Source of the DNA: Candidatus Eiseniibacteriota bacterium
GTDB lineage: Bacteria; ARS69
NCBI GenBank assembly: GCA_052390515.1
Contig: JBQTGV010000062.1
Span: forward strand, 547 to 64,546
DNA length: 64,000 nt
Direction of reading: 5' to 3'
Shown here one piece after another: positions 38,224-47,542 of this stretch. A program made the position numbers and the translations under genes. Under the pieces are notes generated by a model. The model saw nothing but the letters and a program-made list of their open reading frames with translations. It had not been told where the DNA came from and did not search any database. Every line of letters begins with the position of its first letter. The first letter of the stretch is position 1.

Positions 38224-40257
38224 ATGCTCCGTCCCGGGCCCGCGGGCACGGCGGCCGTCGTGGCCGCCTTCGCGGCGTGCGCCGCGGTCATGGGCGGCTG
38301 CGACCTGGGTCGGTCCGAGCGGGGAAACCTGCCTCCCGACACTGCGATCATCGCCGGTCCCCCGGAGGGGGAGGACGCCGGCTACCGCGTCCTGCTCGCG
38401 TGGTCGGGGGAGGACGCGGACGGCGTGGTCGACCGCTTCGAGATCGCGTGGGAGGAGCCGCGGGACTGGGCGGCGCTCCCCGGATACGACAGCACGTTCG
38501 TGGTGACCGCCGATTCCTGCTGCGGCGACCCACCCGCGGGCGGCGACTCCACCGGAACCTGGACCGAGCGGTTCCATCACGTCTTCATCCGTGCCCTGGA
38601 TGACCAGGGCGAACCCGACGGCACTCCCGCAGAGCGCAGCTTCAACGCGAAGACCATCGCGCCGCGCGCCGGGTTCCTGCTCGGTCCGGGACACGGCAGC
38701 TTGGCGCCGACGACGATGCGCATCGAGCTGACCGGAGCGGACGACGACGGCGTCGTGGTGGGCTACCGGTACACGCTCGTCACCGCGCGCGAGTACTTCT
38801 GGGATGGTCAGCCCTCGTTCTCGACGGCGCGCTTCCTGGCCTGGGCGGATACGCTGTCGTATCACCCGCGGGCGGACGGGAGCTACGACGAGTCCCGGCC
38901 GGCGCGCATCGAGAGCGGGGACGTGCTGCTGTTGTCCGATCTCCCGGTCGTGGACGATGTGGGCTCCGGCAATCTCTATCTCCTCGGGGTCCGCGCGGTG
39001 GACGACGCCGGCGCCGCCGAGCCGCGTCTGCGCTTCCCCACGAACGCGCGCCTGTTCAGCGTGTCGAGCTACGCGAACGGTCCGCGGGTCTACCTGCGGG
39101 TTCCGGAGATCTCACGCGCGCGGCCCGCGCGCCTCGGAGAGCCGGCGGGAGTGAGTCTCTTCGCGGCGGACGTCTCGCTGGAGTGGGCGGCGATTCCCGG
39201 GGTCGGCCGGGCACGGGTGACCGCGTTCCGCTTCGCCCAGGCGGACACCGCGGAGTGGTCGCCATGGACCGCGGCGCCCCAGTCGACGTGGTCGTGGGAG
39301 AGCCGGGTTCCCTGGCGCGCCCGACCCGGCGCCTTCGCCTTCTTCGTACAGGCGACGGATGCGCTGGGTGCGGTCACGACAGGAACCATGAAGTTCCACG
39401 TGTTGCCTTCGCCGCGGGACGGCGACGAGGCCTCGCGCACGGTGCTCGTCGTACTGGACACCGACGCGACGTCCCTGGAGCAGAGCTCGGTTCTCCCCCG
39501 GGACTACGCTGCGGTCGAGCGGAGCCTCGTCGTGCAGTGGTTCGCCGACTACCGTCACGACGTGTTCGAGACGCGAGGGACGACGGGGCCGGGCGCGGAT
39601 CTCCTGGCCCAGGCGAGCAGCGTGGTGTGGATCCACACCGCAGCCGTGGCCGACGGCGACGCGTCGGTTCTCTTCGGCAACGGGTACCCGACCCCGGAGC
39701 CGTTGCTCCCCGCGTACGTCGCCGCGGGCGGGAACCTGTTCGTGCTGGGCATCCAGCTCTCGGAGGCGCTGCGCACGCAGGTCGCGGTGACCGACGAACG
39801 TCCCGTGATCCTGAGCTACCCGCTGTCGCTGGTCCCGTCAGCCGCGGACTCGACGCGCATGCCGCACTGGGGATACCTGCACCTGGGTCTCTCGCGGATC
39901 GATGGGACGGTGCCGAATACGAACACGGGCGGGCTCGCGTCGTTGCGGCTCCGCGTCGCGAGGTCAGGCGTGCCGGGTTACCCGGACCTCCCGTTCGATC
40001 CGCTGACCTGGCCGCAGGGCATGCACGTCCGCGGTTTCGGCTACTACGACCGCGGGGTCGTCCCCAACGAGTCGGGGGAGACGATCTACACGGTCGACGA
40101 GAGCGGCATCTCGCTGGGCGTGAGGCGCCTGACCGATCCCGCGCGGGGCGGGAACACCGTGTACCTCGGCCTGCATCCCTACTGGGTCGAGCGCCCCGCC
40201 TTCCGCGATCTCGTGCGCGCGGTGCTCACCGACTTCGGCGAGACTCCGATTCGCTGA
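38224..40257 (+). CDS. Hypothetical large lipoprotein with repeated beta-sandwich (Ig/fn3-like) modules
   Basis: Lipobox VMGGC; recurring WSGEDADG/LTGADDDG and IRALDDQG/VRAVDDAG/VQATDALG motifs. Confidence 0.7.
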   Translation: MLRPGPAGTAAVVAAFAACAAVMGGCDLGRSERGNLPPDTAIIAGPPEGEDAGYRVLLAWSGEDADGVVDRFEIAWEEPRDWAALPGYDSTFVVTADSCCGDPPAGGDSTGTWTERFHHVFIRALDDQGEPDGTPAERSFNAKTIAPRAGFLLGPGHGSLAPTTMRIELTGADDDGVVVGYRYTLVTAREYFWDGQPSFSTARFLAWADTLSYHPRADGSYDESRPARIESGDVLLLSDLPVVDDVGSGNLYLLGVRAVDDAGAAEPRLRFPTNARLFSVSSYANGPRVYLRVPEISRARPARLGEPAGVSLFAADVSLEWAAIPGVGRARVTAFRFAQADTAEWSPWTAAPQSTWSWESRVPWRARPGAFAFFVQATDALGAVTTGTMKFHVLPSPRDGDEASRTVLVVLDTDATSLEQSSVLPRDYAAVERSLVVQWFADYRHDVFETRGTTGPGADLLAQASSVVWIHTAAVADGDASVLFGNGYPTPEPLLPAYVAAGGNLFVLGIQLSEALRTQVAVTDERPVILSYPLSLVPSAADSTRMPHWGYLHLGLSRIDGTVPNTNTGGLASLRLRVARSGVPGYPDLPFDPLTWPQGMHVRGFGYYDRGVVPNESGETIYTVDESGISLGVRRLTDPARGGNTVYLGLHPYWVERPAFRDLVRAVLTDFGETPIR

Positions 40258-40999
40258 TCGCCACGGAGTCCTTCGCCTCCGCCTTGCCTGCAGCTCCGCC
40301 TTCCCGGTGGATCAGGAAGCGCACCTCCGGCGGGAGCGAGCGGTAGAAGCTCGCGTGATCCTCGGGGGAGAGGGAGATGCGCAGGCGCACCGGATCGCCG
40401 CCCCGGAGAGCCTCGAAGAGGTCGGCGAAGCGGCCCGAGAGCTTTCGCGTCCAGGACTTCCAGGCCGAACCCTTTTGTGCAGCGGCCCGGAACTGCACCA
40501 CCGGGCCGTCGGCGAAGCGCAGCCCGAACCGCGGCGGGACCGGAACGACGTCCTCGATCGGAGGGGGGAGCGGTACCTCGACCGACCCCTCCTCCCGGGT
40601 GGGATCCGGCTCGGGCGCGGTGAACACGACTCGCTCGACGTTGCGCGGGGGATCCAGCTCTCCGCCGCTCCACACGCGAGCCTCGATCTCGGGAGCTTCG
40701 CCCCGCGGAAAGAAGCCGACACGCTGCCGGGCCAGCTCCACCGAAGTCACCTGATACTCGTGCAGCACCACGCCCCGGAGGCGAAGCGTCAGCCGCGGAC
40801 CGTCGGGATCGAGGACCAGGTAGAACGAGGAGCTGGATGCCAGTTCCACGAGACGCTCCAGCGCCTCGACCTCGGTGCGAACCTGCTCGGTCTCCCTCGG
40901 CGGGTCCTTCGCCTCGGCGGCCGGAGCTCCGAAGCCGAGCGCCGCGACGAGCGCGAGCCATGGGAAGGCGCGGTTCGCCATCATCGGAAGATACGTCAT
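40226..40999 (-). CDS. Exported YkuD-fold-like protein lacking the catalytic His/Cys
   Basis: Signal peptide; FYLVLDPDGPRLTLRLRGVVLHEYQV and RLRISLSPEDHASFYRSLPPEVRFLI mirror the YkuD termini, but there is no HG...GC motif. Confidence 0.6.
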   Translation of the reverse strand: MTYLPMMANRAFPWLALVAALGFGAPAAEAKDPPRETEQVRTEVEALERLVELASSSSFYLVLDPDGPRLTLRLRGVVLHEYQVTSVELARQRVGFFPRGEAPEIEARVWSGGELDPPRNVERVVFTAPEPDPTREEGSVEVPLPPPIEDVVPVPPRFGLRFADGPVVQFRAAAQKGSAWKSWTRKLSGRFADLFEALRGGDPVRLRISLSPEDHASFYRSLPPEVRFLIHREGGAAGKAEAKDSVAISESESRRSR

Positions 41000-41625
41000 C
41001 AGAAGATGTAGATCGGGGTTCCGATCGCGGCCGTCTTGTACACCTCGCGCAGATCGTCCCGTCCGAGACGGATGCAGCCGTGCGTGACGCTGCGTCCGAG
41101 GAGCCGCGTGTAGAGGGTCCCGTGGATCAGGTATCCGTCGCCGAAGGAGAGCGCGTACTCGCCGAGCGTGCCGCGCTCGAAGCGCTCCTCGGGGTCCTTG
41201 GGGATGGGCAGTCCCTCCTCGACGAAGGCCCAGTCCGGCTTGCGCCACAGCGGATTCACGATCTTGCTGCGAACCTGGAACACACCGCGCGGCGTGTCGA
41301 ACACCCACGACCGGGATCCGTCGTGCACCTGCAGCACCATTCCCGATCCACCCGAGCAGACCGCCTCGCGCACCACCTTGTCCCGATCCTTGAGCAGCAG
41401 GCGGTTGTGCGTCTGGTCGATCACCACGTGCACGCCCGACGGCTTCAGCCGGTCGTACTTGGCGCGAAGCTCTCGTTCCCGGGCCTCCAGTTTCTTCCGG
41501 TCCGCGCCGTCGCCGTCCGCCGCGGGCGCGGCCAGGGTCTCGTCCAGGCGATGCGTGTCGTATCCCGTCCCCAGCGCCGCGACGACGAGCAGCAGCAGCA
41601 GCACTCCGGCGGCACGCAGGATCAC
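40999..41625 (-). CDS. L,D-transpeptidase (YkuD, ErfK/SrfK type)
   Basis: FDTPRGVF, NPLWRKPDW, YLIHGT...SVTHGCIRL. Confidence 0.93.
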   Translation of the reverse strand: MILRAAGVLLLLLVVAALGTGYDTHRLDETLAAPAADGDGADRKKLEARERELRAKYDRLKPSGVHVVIDQTHNRLLLKDRDKVVREAVCSGGSGMVLQVHDGSRSWVFDTPRGVFQVRSKIVNPLWRKPDWAFVEEGLPIPKDPEERFERGTLGEYALSFGDGYLIHGTLYTRLLGRSVTHGCIRLGRDDLREVYKTAAIGTPIYIF

Positions 41626-42779
41626 TTCGTCGCCACCTCGTCGGCGAAGCGGGCGACGAGCGTCGCGAGCCGGCCGTCCTTGCCGTTGCCCCCGACGATC
41701 GTCACCCGCGTGCCCAGCGCCACGCGAGCGAACACGTCGTCCATGTCGTCATTGGACAGCGCGACGCAGCCGCGGGTCCAGTCCTCGCCGCGGCCTCCGT
41801 CGCCGTGGATCTCGATGAGCCCACCGGCGGTCGCGCGGCGCGGCACGTGCCCGAGCTCCTTGGCCCGCTCGAACCACGCGCGGTCCTCTTCGTTGGGGTA
41901 GTCCAGGAGCAGGGCCTTGTAGTAGATGGAGCGGCCGCGGTCCTTCTTCTCCACGATGCGGTAGCGGCCTTCGGGCGTCGCGCGGTCTCCGGACATGCTC
42001 TTCTCCGTAGCCGAGTTCGATCCCATGTCCGCCTCGTAGCGCTTCACCACGCGCCCGCCTTCGTACAGCGTCACCTGGTGCCCGTCCTTGTCGACGATCA
42101 CCACCGTCTCGCCCGTCTTCTTGGACCAGGCCACGGTCTCGTCGATCCACGTCCGCCACTGGCGTATGAGCTTCTCGTCACGGTAGCGCGAAGCCTGGGC
42201 GACCACTCCCTCGGACACGTCGCGCGCCAGTTCGAGCGCTTGCGTGGCCCGCTCCAGCGCGGCGTCGTGATGGTCCTGGCGGTGAAGCAGCTTCGCCTCG
42301 TCCACGGCGACGCGCGCCAGCTGGAAGTCCGAGCGGTCGGACTTCTCGAAGGGCATGACGCGCGCGAACTCCTCGCAGACCTGGACCATCTCCTGCGCTT
42401 CGGCGATCGCGCGCTCCGCGGAACCCTGGGCGTGGCGCTCGGCGTCGATGGCCGCCGACCGGGCCCGGGCGCACGCCGCGACCGCCTCCTCGATGAGACC
42501 GCGCACCACGCGGTAATCGCGGAAGGGAAGGAAGCGGACTTCCTGGCGGCGGTGCTCGGCGTTCGCCGCGCGCACCTTCGCCTCCGCTTCCTCGAGTGCT
42601 TCCTCCGCCCACTGGGACGCCCCGGCCTCGCGGGCCTTGGCGATCTCGCGGCGGGCGACGTCGAGGGCGGGGAAGGCCGGGTCCGTGTGACCCTGCAGGA
42701 TCGGATACGCCGCCGCACCGGCGGCGCCGAGAACGGCGCCGACCGGAAGCAGCTTCCACCAGCGAATCCGGATCCTCAC
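41622..42779 (-). CDS. L,D-transpeptidase-family protein (YafK/DpaA-like) with N-terminal helical bundle
   Basis: TM anchor, long alpha-helical region, GDRATPEGRY, YYKALLLDYPN, IEIHG...WTRGCVAL; start uncertain (42779-42848). Confidence 0.9.
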   Translation of the reverse strand: MRIRIRWWKLLPVGAVLGAAGAAAYPILQGHTDPAFPALDVARREIAKAREAGASQWAEEALEEAEAKVRAANAEHRRQEVRFLPFRDYRVVRGLIEEAVAACARARSAAIDAERHAQGSAERAIAEAQEMVQVCEEFARVMPFEKSDRSDFQLARVAVDEAKLLHRQDHHDAALERATQALELARDVSEGVVAQASRYRDEKLIRQWRTWIDETVAWSKKTGETVVIVDKDGHQVTLYEGGRVVKRYEADMGSNSATEKSMSGDRATPEGRYRIVEKKDRGRSIYYKALLLDYPNEEDRAWFERAKELGHVPRRATAGGLIEIHGDGGRGEDWTRGCVALSNDDMDDVFARVALGTRVTIVGGNGKDGRLATLVARFADEVATK

Positions 42780-42819
42780 GCCCGCCCCGCGTCCCCGAGT
42801 CCGGTTTGCGTCGACCGTC

Positions 42820-43416
42820 CTACTTGCGGCCCACCGCCGCCATCGCATCCTCGACCTGAGTCTTCACCGCCATGATCGCCGAGCCTGCGGCCTGAGCCTT
42901 CGCCGCCGACTCGCGGTAGCTGCCGGAGGCCATGAGCGCGTCGGCCTCGTTCAGCGACGTCTCCGCGCCGTCGAGGTCCGTGCCCAGAGCGGCGAGGTCC
43001 GCCTTGGAACCCTTGCCCTTGGGCGCGCCGGCGAGCAGCGTGCGCGCCTCGGCGAGAGCGGTCCGCTGCGCGGCGATCGCCGCGGTGGCGTCGTTCATCG
43101 CCTTCTCCTTGGCGGCGGCCGCCTTGGCCTGAGCGTCCGCGGCCGCCGTCTTGGCGGCCTCTGCCTTCTGCAGCGCGACGTCGTAGTTCCGCGTCAGCGC
43201 GAACTTCTCCGCCTGGGCCTTGATCTCGGCGTCGAGGGCGGCCTGAGCATCCTCCGCCGCACGCACTGCGTCGGGAGCATATTCGGGAGCATCCCCGGCC
43301 TTCACCTCATCGAGCGCCGCCTTGACCGCATCGATCTCCGCTTGGGGAGGCTCGGCGCATCCGGCAACCAGGAGGGCGAAGGTGATTCCCGACACGAGCC
43401 AGGGGGACTTGCGCAT
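42820..43416 (-). CDS. Ala-rich alpha-helical lipoprotein (DUF4398-like) ending in Arg-Lys
   Basis: Lipobox LVAGC; heptad-like Ala/Lys/Glu helices; C-terminus …AAVGRK; GGAG SD. Confidence 0.85.
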   Translation of the reverse strand: MRKSPWLVSGITFALLVAGCAEPPQAEIDAVKAALDEVKAGDAPEYAPDAVRAAEDAQAALDAEIKAQAEKFALTRNYDVALQKAEAAKTAAADAQAKAAAAKEKAMNDATAAIAAQRTALAEARTLLAGAPKGKGSKADLAALGTDLDGAETSLNEADALMASGSYRESAAKAQAAGSAIMAVKTQVEDAMAAVGRK

Positions 43417-43617
43417 ACTCGATTCTCCGGATGTACGACCTCCCGGATGGCGGGAGGTTCGAAAGGAACGGGCCAGGAGCCACGGCGAATTGCCGGGTTC
43501 GGAATCGGCCGCGCGGCATCATACGCGAAGCGCGACTGATCGGGAAGGAGCGCCGCGATCCGGCGAGGCCGGATTCCCGGTACCCTCCCGGAGGGGTTCG
43601 TAGCAGAATCCGGGCCC

Positions 43618-44514
43618 ATGTCCACGGTCCACCCGCCCGCCGGCTGGCGTCCCCACGCGGGGGTGCTCGTGGCCGTGATCGCCTGGGGCATCTCCTTTGT
43701 TGCCACGAAGGTAGCCCTGGTCGAGCTCACCCCGGTGACCCTGATCTTCTCCCGGTTCGGGCTGGGCGTGGTCCTGCTCCACGGGATCCTGGCCCTTCGC
43801 GGAGCGTCACTTCTACCCGGCCGCACCCATTTCTACGCGCTCGGCCTGATGGGCTTCGTGGGCGTCTTCGTCCACCAATTGCTGCAGGTGCACGGCCTCG
43901 AGCGCACCACCGCGGTGCGCACCGGCTGGCTGATCGGGCTCATCCCCATCTGGTCGGCCGTTCTCGCTGCGGTCCTCCTGCGCGAGCGCTTCGGGCCGGT
44001 CCGCGCGGCCGGGCTCGCCCTGGGCTTCGGAGGTGCGGTCCTGGTCGTGACGCGGGGGCGGCTCTCCGGCGACTTCCTCGCCCTCCCCCAGACCACGGGC
44101 GACTTCCTGATCCTGGCCAGCACGGTGAACTGGGCGCTCTACTCGGTGATCGGCCGGGGAACGTTGCGCACCCTGGGGGCCACCCGGGCCACCGCAGGCG
44201 CCATGCTGCTCGGCTGGATCCTGCTCCTGCCCTTGTACGTCCGCGAGTCGGGATGGACCCAGCTCGCGGGACTTTCCGCGTCGGGATGGGCGGCGCTTCT
44301 CTTCCTCGGTGTCGTCTGCTCGGGATTCGCCTACCTCTTCTGGTACGGCGGGCTCGAGCGGCTCGATGCCACGCGTGTCTCCTCGTACCTCTACATCGAG
44401 CCGCTGGTGACCCTCGCCGCGGCGGTGGCGGTGCTCGGCGAGCCGGTCGCCGGCACGACGATCGCGGGTGGACTGCTGGTGCTCCTCGGCGTGTGGCTCG
44501 TGCAGCGGGGATGA
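43618..44514 (+). CDS. DMT/EamA family transporter
   Basis: About 10 TMs in two repeats; AWGISFVATK, YLYIEPLV. Confidence 0.92.
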   Translation: MSTVHPPAGWRPHAGVLVAVIAWGISFVATKVALVELTPVTLIFSRFGLGVVLLHGILALRGASLLPGRTHFYALGLMGFVGVFVHQLLQVHGLERTTAVRTGWLIGLIPIWSAVLAAVLLRERFGPVRAAGLALGFGGAVLVVTRGRLSGDFLALPQTTGDFLILASTVNWALYSVIGRGTLRTLGATRATAGAMLLGWILLLPLYVRESGWTQLAGLSASGWAALLFLGVVCSGFAYLFWYGGLERLDATRVSSYLYIEPLVTLAAAVAVLGEPVAGTTIAGGLLVLLGVWLVQRG

Positions 44515-44522
44515 CGACGGGC

Positions 44523-45230
44523 TCAGCGCCGGCCGGCGCTCGCACCGAGCCAGGCCCCCGTCGGATCGAGCTCCGCGGGGATCGCCACTTCGACGTCCTC
44601 GTCACGGACGGGATGGCGGAACGCCACGCGGAACGAGCACAGGGCGATACCCGCGTCGAGACGCTCCCGCGATCCGTAGCGCGTGTCGCCGAGGATCGGG
44701 CAGTCACGGTGCGCGAGCTGCGCGCGGATCTGGTGCTTGCGGCCGGTGACGAGGCGAATTCCGAGGAGGGAGCGCCCGCCCCGCCGGTCCAGAACGGCGT
44801 ACGACAGCTCCGCGGCGGCCGACCCTTCGGGAGCGCCCTCGACGACGCGGGCACGACGCGCGTCGTCGTCCCAGATCAGCCGGTCCACGAGGGCTGCGGA
44901 CATGGGACTCGGCGTTCCCTCGACGACGGCGCGGTAGTCCTTCTCGAAGCGGCCTTCGCGGATCTCGCGGGAGAGGCGGGAAGCGGCCTTCGTGCGCTTG
45001 GCGAACACCACGACGCCCGACACGGGACCGTCCAGGCGGTGCACCACGGAGAGGAACGCCTCGCCGGGCTTCTCGTCGCGTTGCCGGATCCACGCCCGGA
45101 GCGCGTCGAGCAGCGAGTCCTGATCGGGCCCCGCACCCTGCACGATCCATCCGGGAGGCTTGAACACCGCGAGCAGATGGCTATCCTCGCGGAGCACCGG
45201 AACGGGCGGCGCGATTCGCGGCGCCGTCAC
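44523..45230 (-). CDS. RluA-family RNA pseudouridine synthase
   Basis: FKPPG, VHRLDGPVSG, TGRKHQIR, PILGDTRYG. Confidence 0.93.
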   Translation of the reverse strand: MTAPRIAPPVPVLREDSHLLAVFKPPGWIVQGAGPDQDSLLDALRAWIRQRDEKPGEAFLSVVHRLDGPVSGVVVFAKRTKAASRLSREIREGRFEKDYRAVVEGTPSPMSAALVDRLIWDDDARRARVVEGAPEGSAAAELSYAVLDRRGGRSLLGIRLVTGRKHQIRAQLAHRDCPILGDTRYGSRERLDAGIALCSFRVAFRHPVRDEDVEVAIPAELDPTGAWLGASAGRR

Positions 45231-45262
45231 TCTCTCCCTCCCCGAAAGCACCCGGATTGCCG

Positions 45263-45976
45263 ATGACGCGAGCGCACGGTCGACGGAAGCCGTCCGGGGC
45301 GCGCCCCGGAAGCCGCTTGGCGCCGTCCGCGGAGAGCGTTCGCACGCTGCTGGAGCGGAGCGGCATCCACCTGCGGACGCACCAGCTCGCGAAGTTGTGG
45401 GAGTTCCATCGCCTCCTCCGCGAGAGGAACGCGGCCGACGACCTGACGCGCCTCGTCGGCTTCGAGAGCATCGTCGTGAAGCATTACGTCGATTCGATGA
45501 TCGCCGGAAGCCTCTTCCACCTGCCGTCGCCCTTGCTCGATCTGGGCACCGGCGCCGGCTTCCCGGGGATCCCGCTCAAGATCCGCTACCCCGAGCTCGA
45601 GCTCGTCCTGGTGGAGTCGCGGGAGCGGCGAGTGCGCTTCCTCGAGGACGTTTGCGCGCGCCTCGAGCTCGAGGGTGTCCGCGTCGTGAAGCTCAAGGCG
45701 GTGCGCTCGAACCTGCGCATCCCGGTCTCGGGGGTGATCACGCGCGCGGTCGAGTCCGTCGCCGCGACGGTGCAGCGCGCCGGGCGGTGTCTCGAGTCCG
45801 GCGGGACGTTCCTCTTCCTGAAGGGGCCGTCGGTCGGTCCGGAGATCGCGGAGGCGATGGCACGCTACGGAGACAAGTACGAGCTGCTGCGCGACGAGAA
45901 GTACGTGCTGCCCGGAACGCCGCATCGCCGCCGTCTCGTCGTCCTGAGGAAGCGTCCGGCGCCTCAGCGAGTGTAG
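45263..45976 (+). CDS. rsmG: 16S rRNA (guanine527-N7)-methyltransferase
   Basis: DLT, KHYVDS, LDLGTGAGFPGIPL, LVES, TRAV, LKG. Confidence 0.92.
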   Translation: MTRAHGRRKPSGARPGSRLAPSAESVRTLLERSGIHLRTHQLAKLWEFHRLLRERNAADDLTRLVGFESIVVKHYVDSMIAGSLFHLPSPLLDLGTGAGFPGIPLKIRYPELELVLVESRERRVRFLEDVCARLELEGVRVVKLKAVRSNLRIPVSGVITRAVESVAATVQRAGRCLESGGTFLFLKGPSVGPEIAEAMARYGDKYELLRDEKYVLPGTPHRRRLVVLRKRPAPQRV

Positions 45977-47388
45977 CCGAGCGCGCGGAGCTGCTCTTCG
46001 ATCTTCGGGTCGACCGGCGCCGCGGCCGGCGTCTCTTCCACGCGCGGCCGATCGAACGGGGCGATGATCGCCGTGAGCTTCCCCACCAGCTCGGCGACGC
46101 GGGTCGGCTCGGCGTCAGCCAGGTTCGCGCGCTCCGTCGGATCCGCCGTCAGATCGTACAGTTCGTGCCGTCCGTCGGAACCCCACACGAGCTTGTGGTT
46201 GCCGTCGACGAGCGCGCGGATCCGCCGGAGGTAGGGCTGCATGGCTTCGGCCTCCGCCGCGCGATCGGGGAGGAAGTGCAGCACCTGCTCGGGGTAGTAG
46301 TACTCGGCGAGCACCGGGCGCGACGGCGGAACTTTTTCGCTCAGCAGATCGTAGGTCGGCATCGGCGAGGCCGGCGGGGCGACGCCCGCCGCGGCGAGGA
46401 TCGTGGGGAAGAGGTCGGCGAGCTGCACGCGATCGTCGCGCACCGTGCCGGCGCGGTCGCCGCCGGGAGGCCGCACGGCGAGGGGCACCCGGATCAGCGC
46501 CTCGTTCAGCGCCAGCATGTGCGAGACGTGGCCCAGGTCGCCGTGGTTCTCGCCGTGGTCCGACGTGACTACGACCAGCGCCTCGTCGAGGAGCCCCCTG
46601 CTCCGGAGCCCGTCCAGCAGCTCGCCGAGCACCGCGTCGGCGTAGGCCAGCTCCGCTTCGTACATCGCCGTGCGCGTGGGCAGCCGATCCATGGGAATCT
46701 CGCCGCGATGCAGGTACCACTTCGGAGCGGGGAACATCGCCGGATCGTCCTGAGCGACCGGACCGCCGGGAACGAATTCCTCCTGCCACGCGGTCGGGGC
46801 CTGGTACTTCCAGTGGGGTTCGATGTAGTTCACGAACAAGAAGAAGGGGCGCCGGTCGCGCCGTGCGTCGAGCCAGCGGAACACCCCGCGGTTCAGCTTG
46901 TGCGGGAGCCCTTCGCCTTCGAGCTGGGTTTTCCCGGTCCAGACCACGTCGGCCGTCTCGAAACCCTGCGCGAGATTCGCCTTGGCCGAGATCCACGGGT
47001 TGCCGGAGAGGCACACGGTCTCGAAGCCGCTCTCGCGCAGGAGCTCGGCCAGGGTGACCGCTTCCTCGTCGAGCCACTCGGACTCCTGCGTGGCGCGGTG
47101 CACGACGGGCCAGAGTCCGGTGAAGAGCGAGGCGTGCGCGGGCACCGTCCAGCAGGACGTCGAGTACGCGCGGTCGAAGCGGATGCCCTCGCCGGCGAAG
47201 GCGTCGAAGCGGGGCGTCGTACTCCGGCCGTGACCGTACGCGGAGAAGAAGTCCCGCCGGGCGGTGTCGATGACGACGACGACGATGTTCGGCGGCGCGT
47301 CGACGGGAGGCGCCGCGCACGCCGGAGAGGTGCCCAGCGCCGCTGCCAGAAGCATCCACGGAGTCGCGCGCCGGCCGGTTCGCGTCAT
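45964..47388 (-). CDS. Secreted sulfatase-like protein (alkaline phosphatase superfamily) with Thr at the nucleophile position
   Basis: PNIVVVVIDTARRD, SCWTVPAHASLFTG, TSDHGE, ELYDLTADPTE, LRALGY. Confidence 0.88.
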   Translation of the reverse strand: MTRTGRRATPWMLLAAALGTSPACAAPPVDAPPNIVVVVIDTARRDFFSAYGHGRSTTPRFDAFAGEGIRFDRAYSTSCWTVPAHASLFTGLWPVVHRATQESEWLDEEAVTLAELLRESGFETVCLSGNPWISAKANLAQGFETADVVWTGKTQLEGEGLPHKLNRGVFRWLDARRDRRPFFLFVNYIEPHWKYQAPTAWQEEFVPGGPVAQDDPAMFPAPKWYLHRGEIPMDRLPTRTAMYEAELAYADAVLGELLDGLRSRGLLDEALVVVTSDHGENHGDLGHVSHMLALNEALIRVPLAVRPPGGDRAGTVRDDRVQLADLFPTILAAAGVAPPASPMPTYDLLSEKVPPSRPVLAEYYYPEQVLHFLPDRAAEAEAMQPYLRRIRALVDGNHKLVWGSDGRHELYDLTADPTERANLADAEPTRVAELVGKLTAIIAPFDRPRVEETPAAAPVDPKIEEQLRALGYTR

Positions 47389-47400
47389 CGCCTCAGTCTA
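47389..47400 (-). promoter_or_regulatory. Putative -10 element (TAGACT) 6 nt before the ATG (leaderless-type)
   Basis: Minus strand TAGACT-GAGGCG-ATG. Confidence 0.45.
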
Positions 47401-47542
47401 CACCGCTGCGGAACACTGGGGTCCGTCAGGAGTGCCCCAAGGACATTGCCGGTCTGCCGGGGTGGTGGGGCGGGCGCTCTGCTAGACTCGCGCTCCTGGC
47501 CGCCGAGACAGGCCGCTAGGGTTGCCGATCGAAACGAGACGC

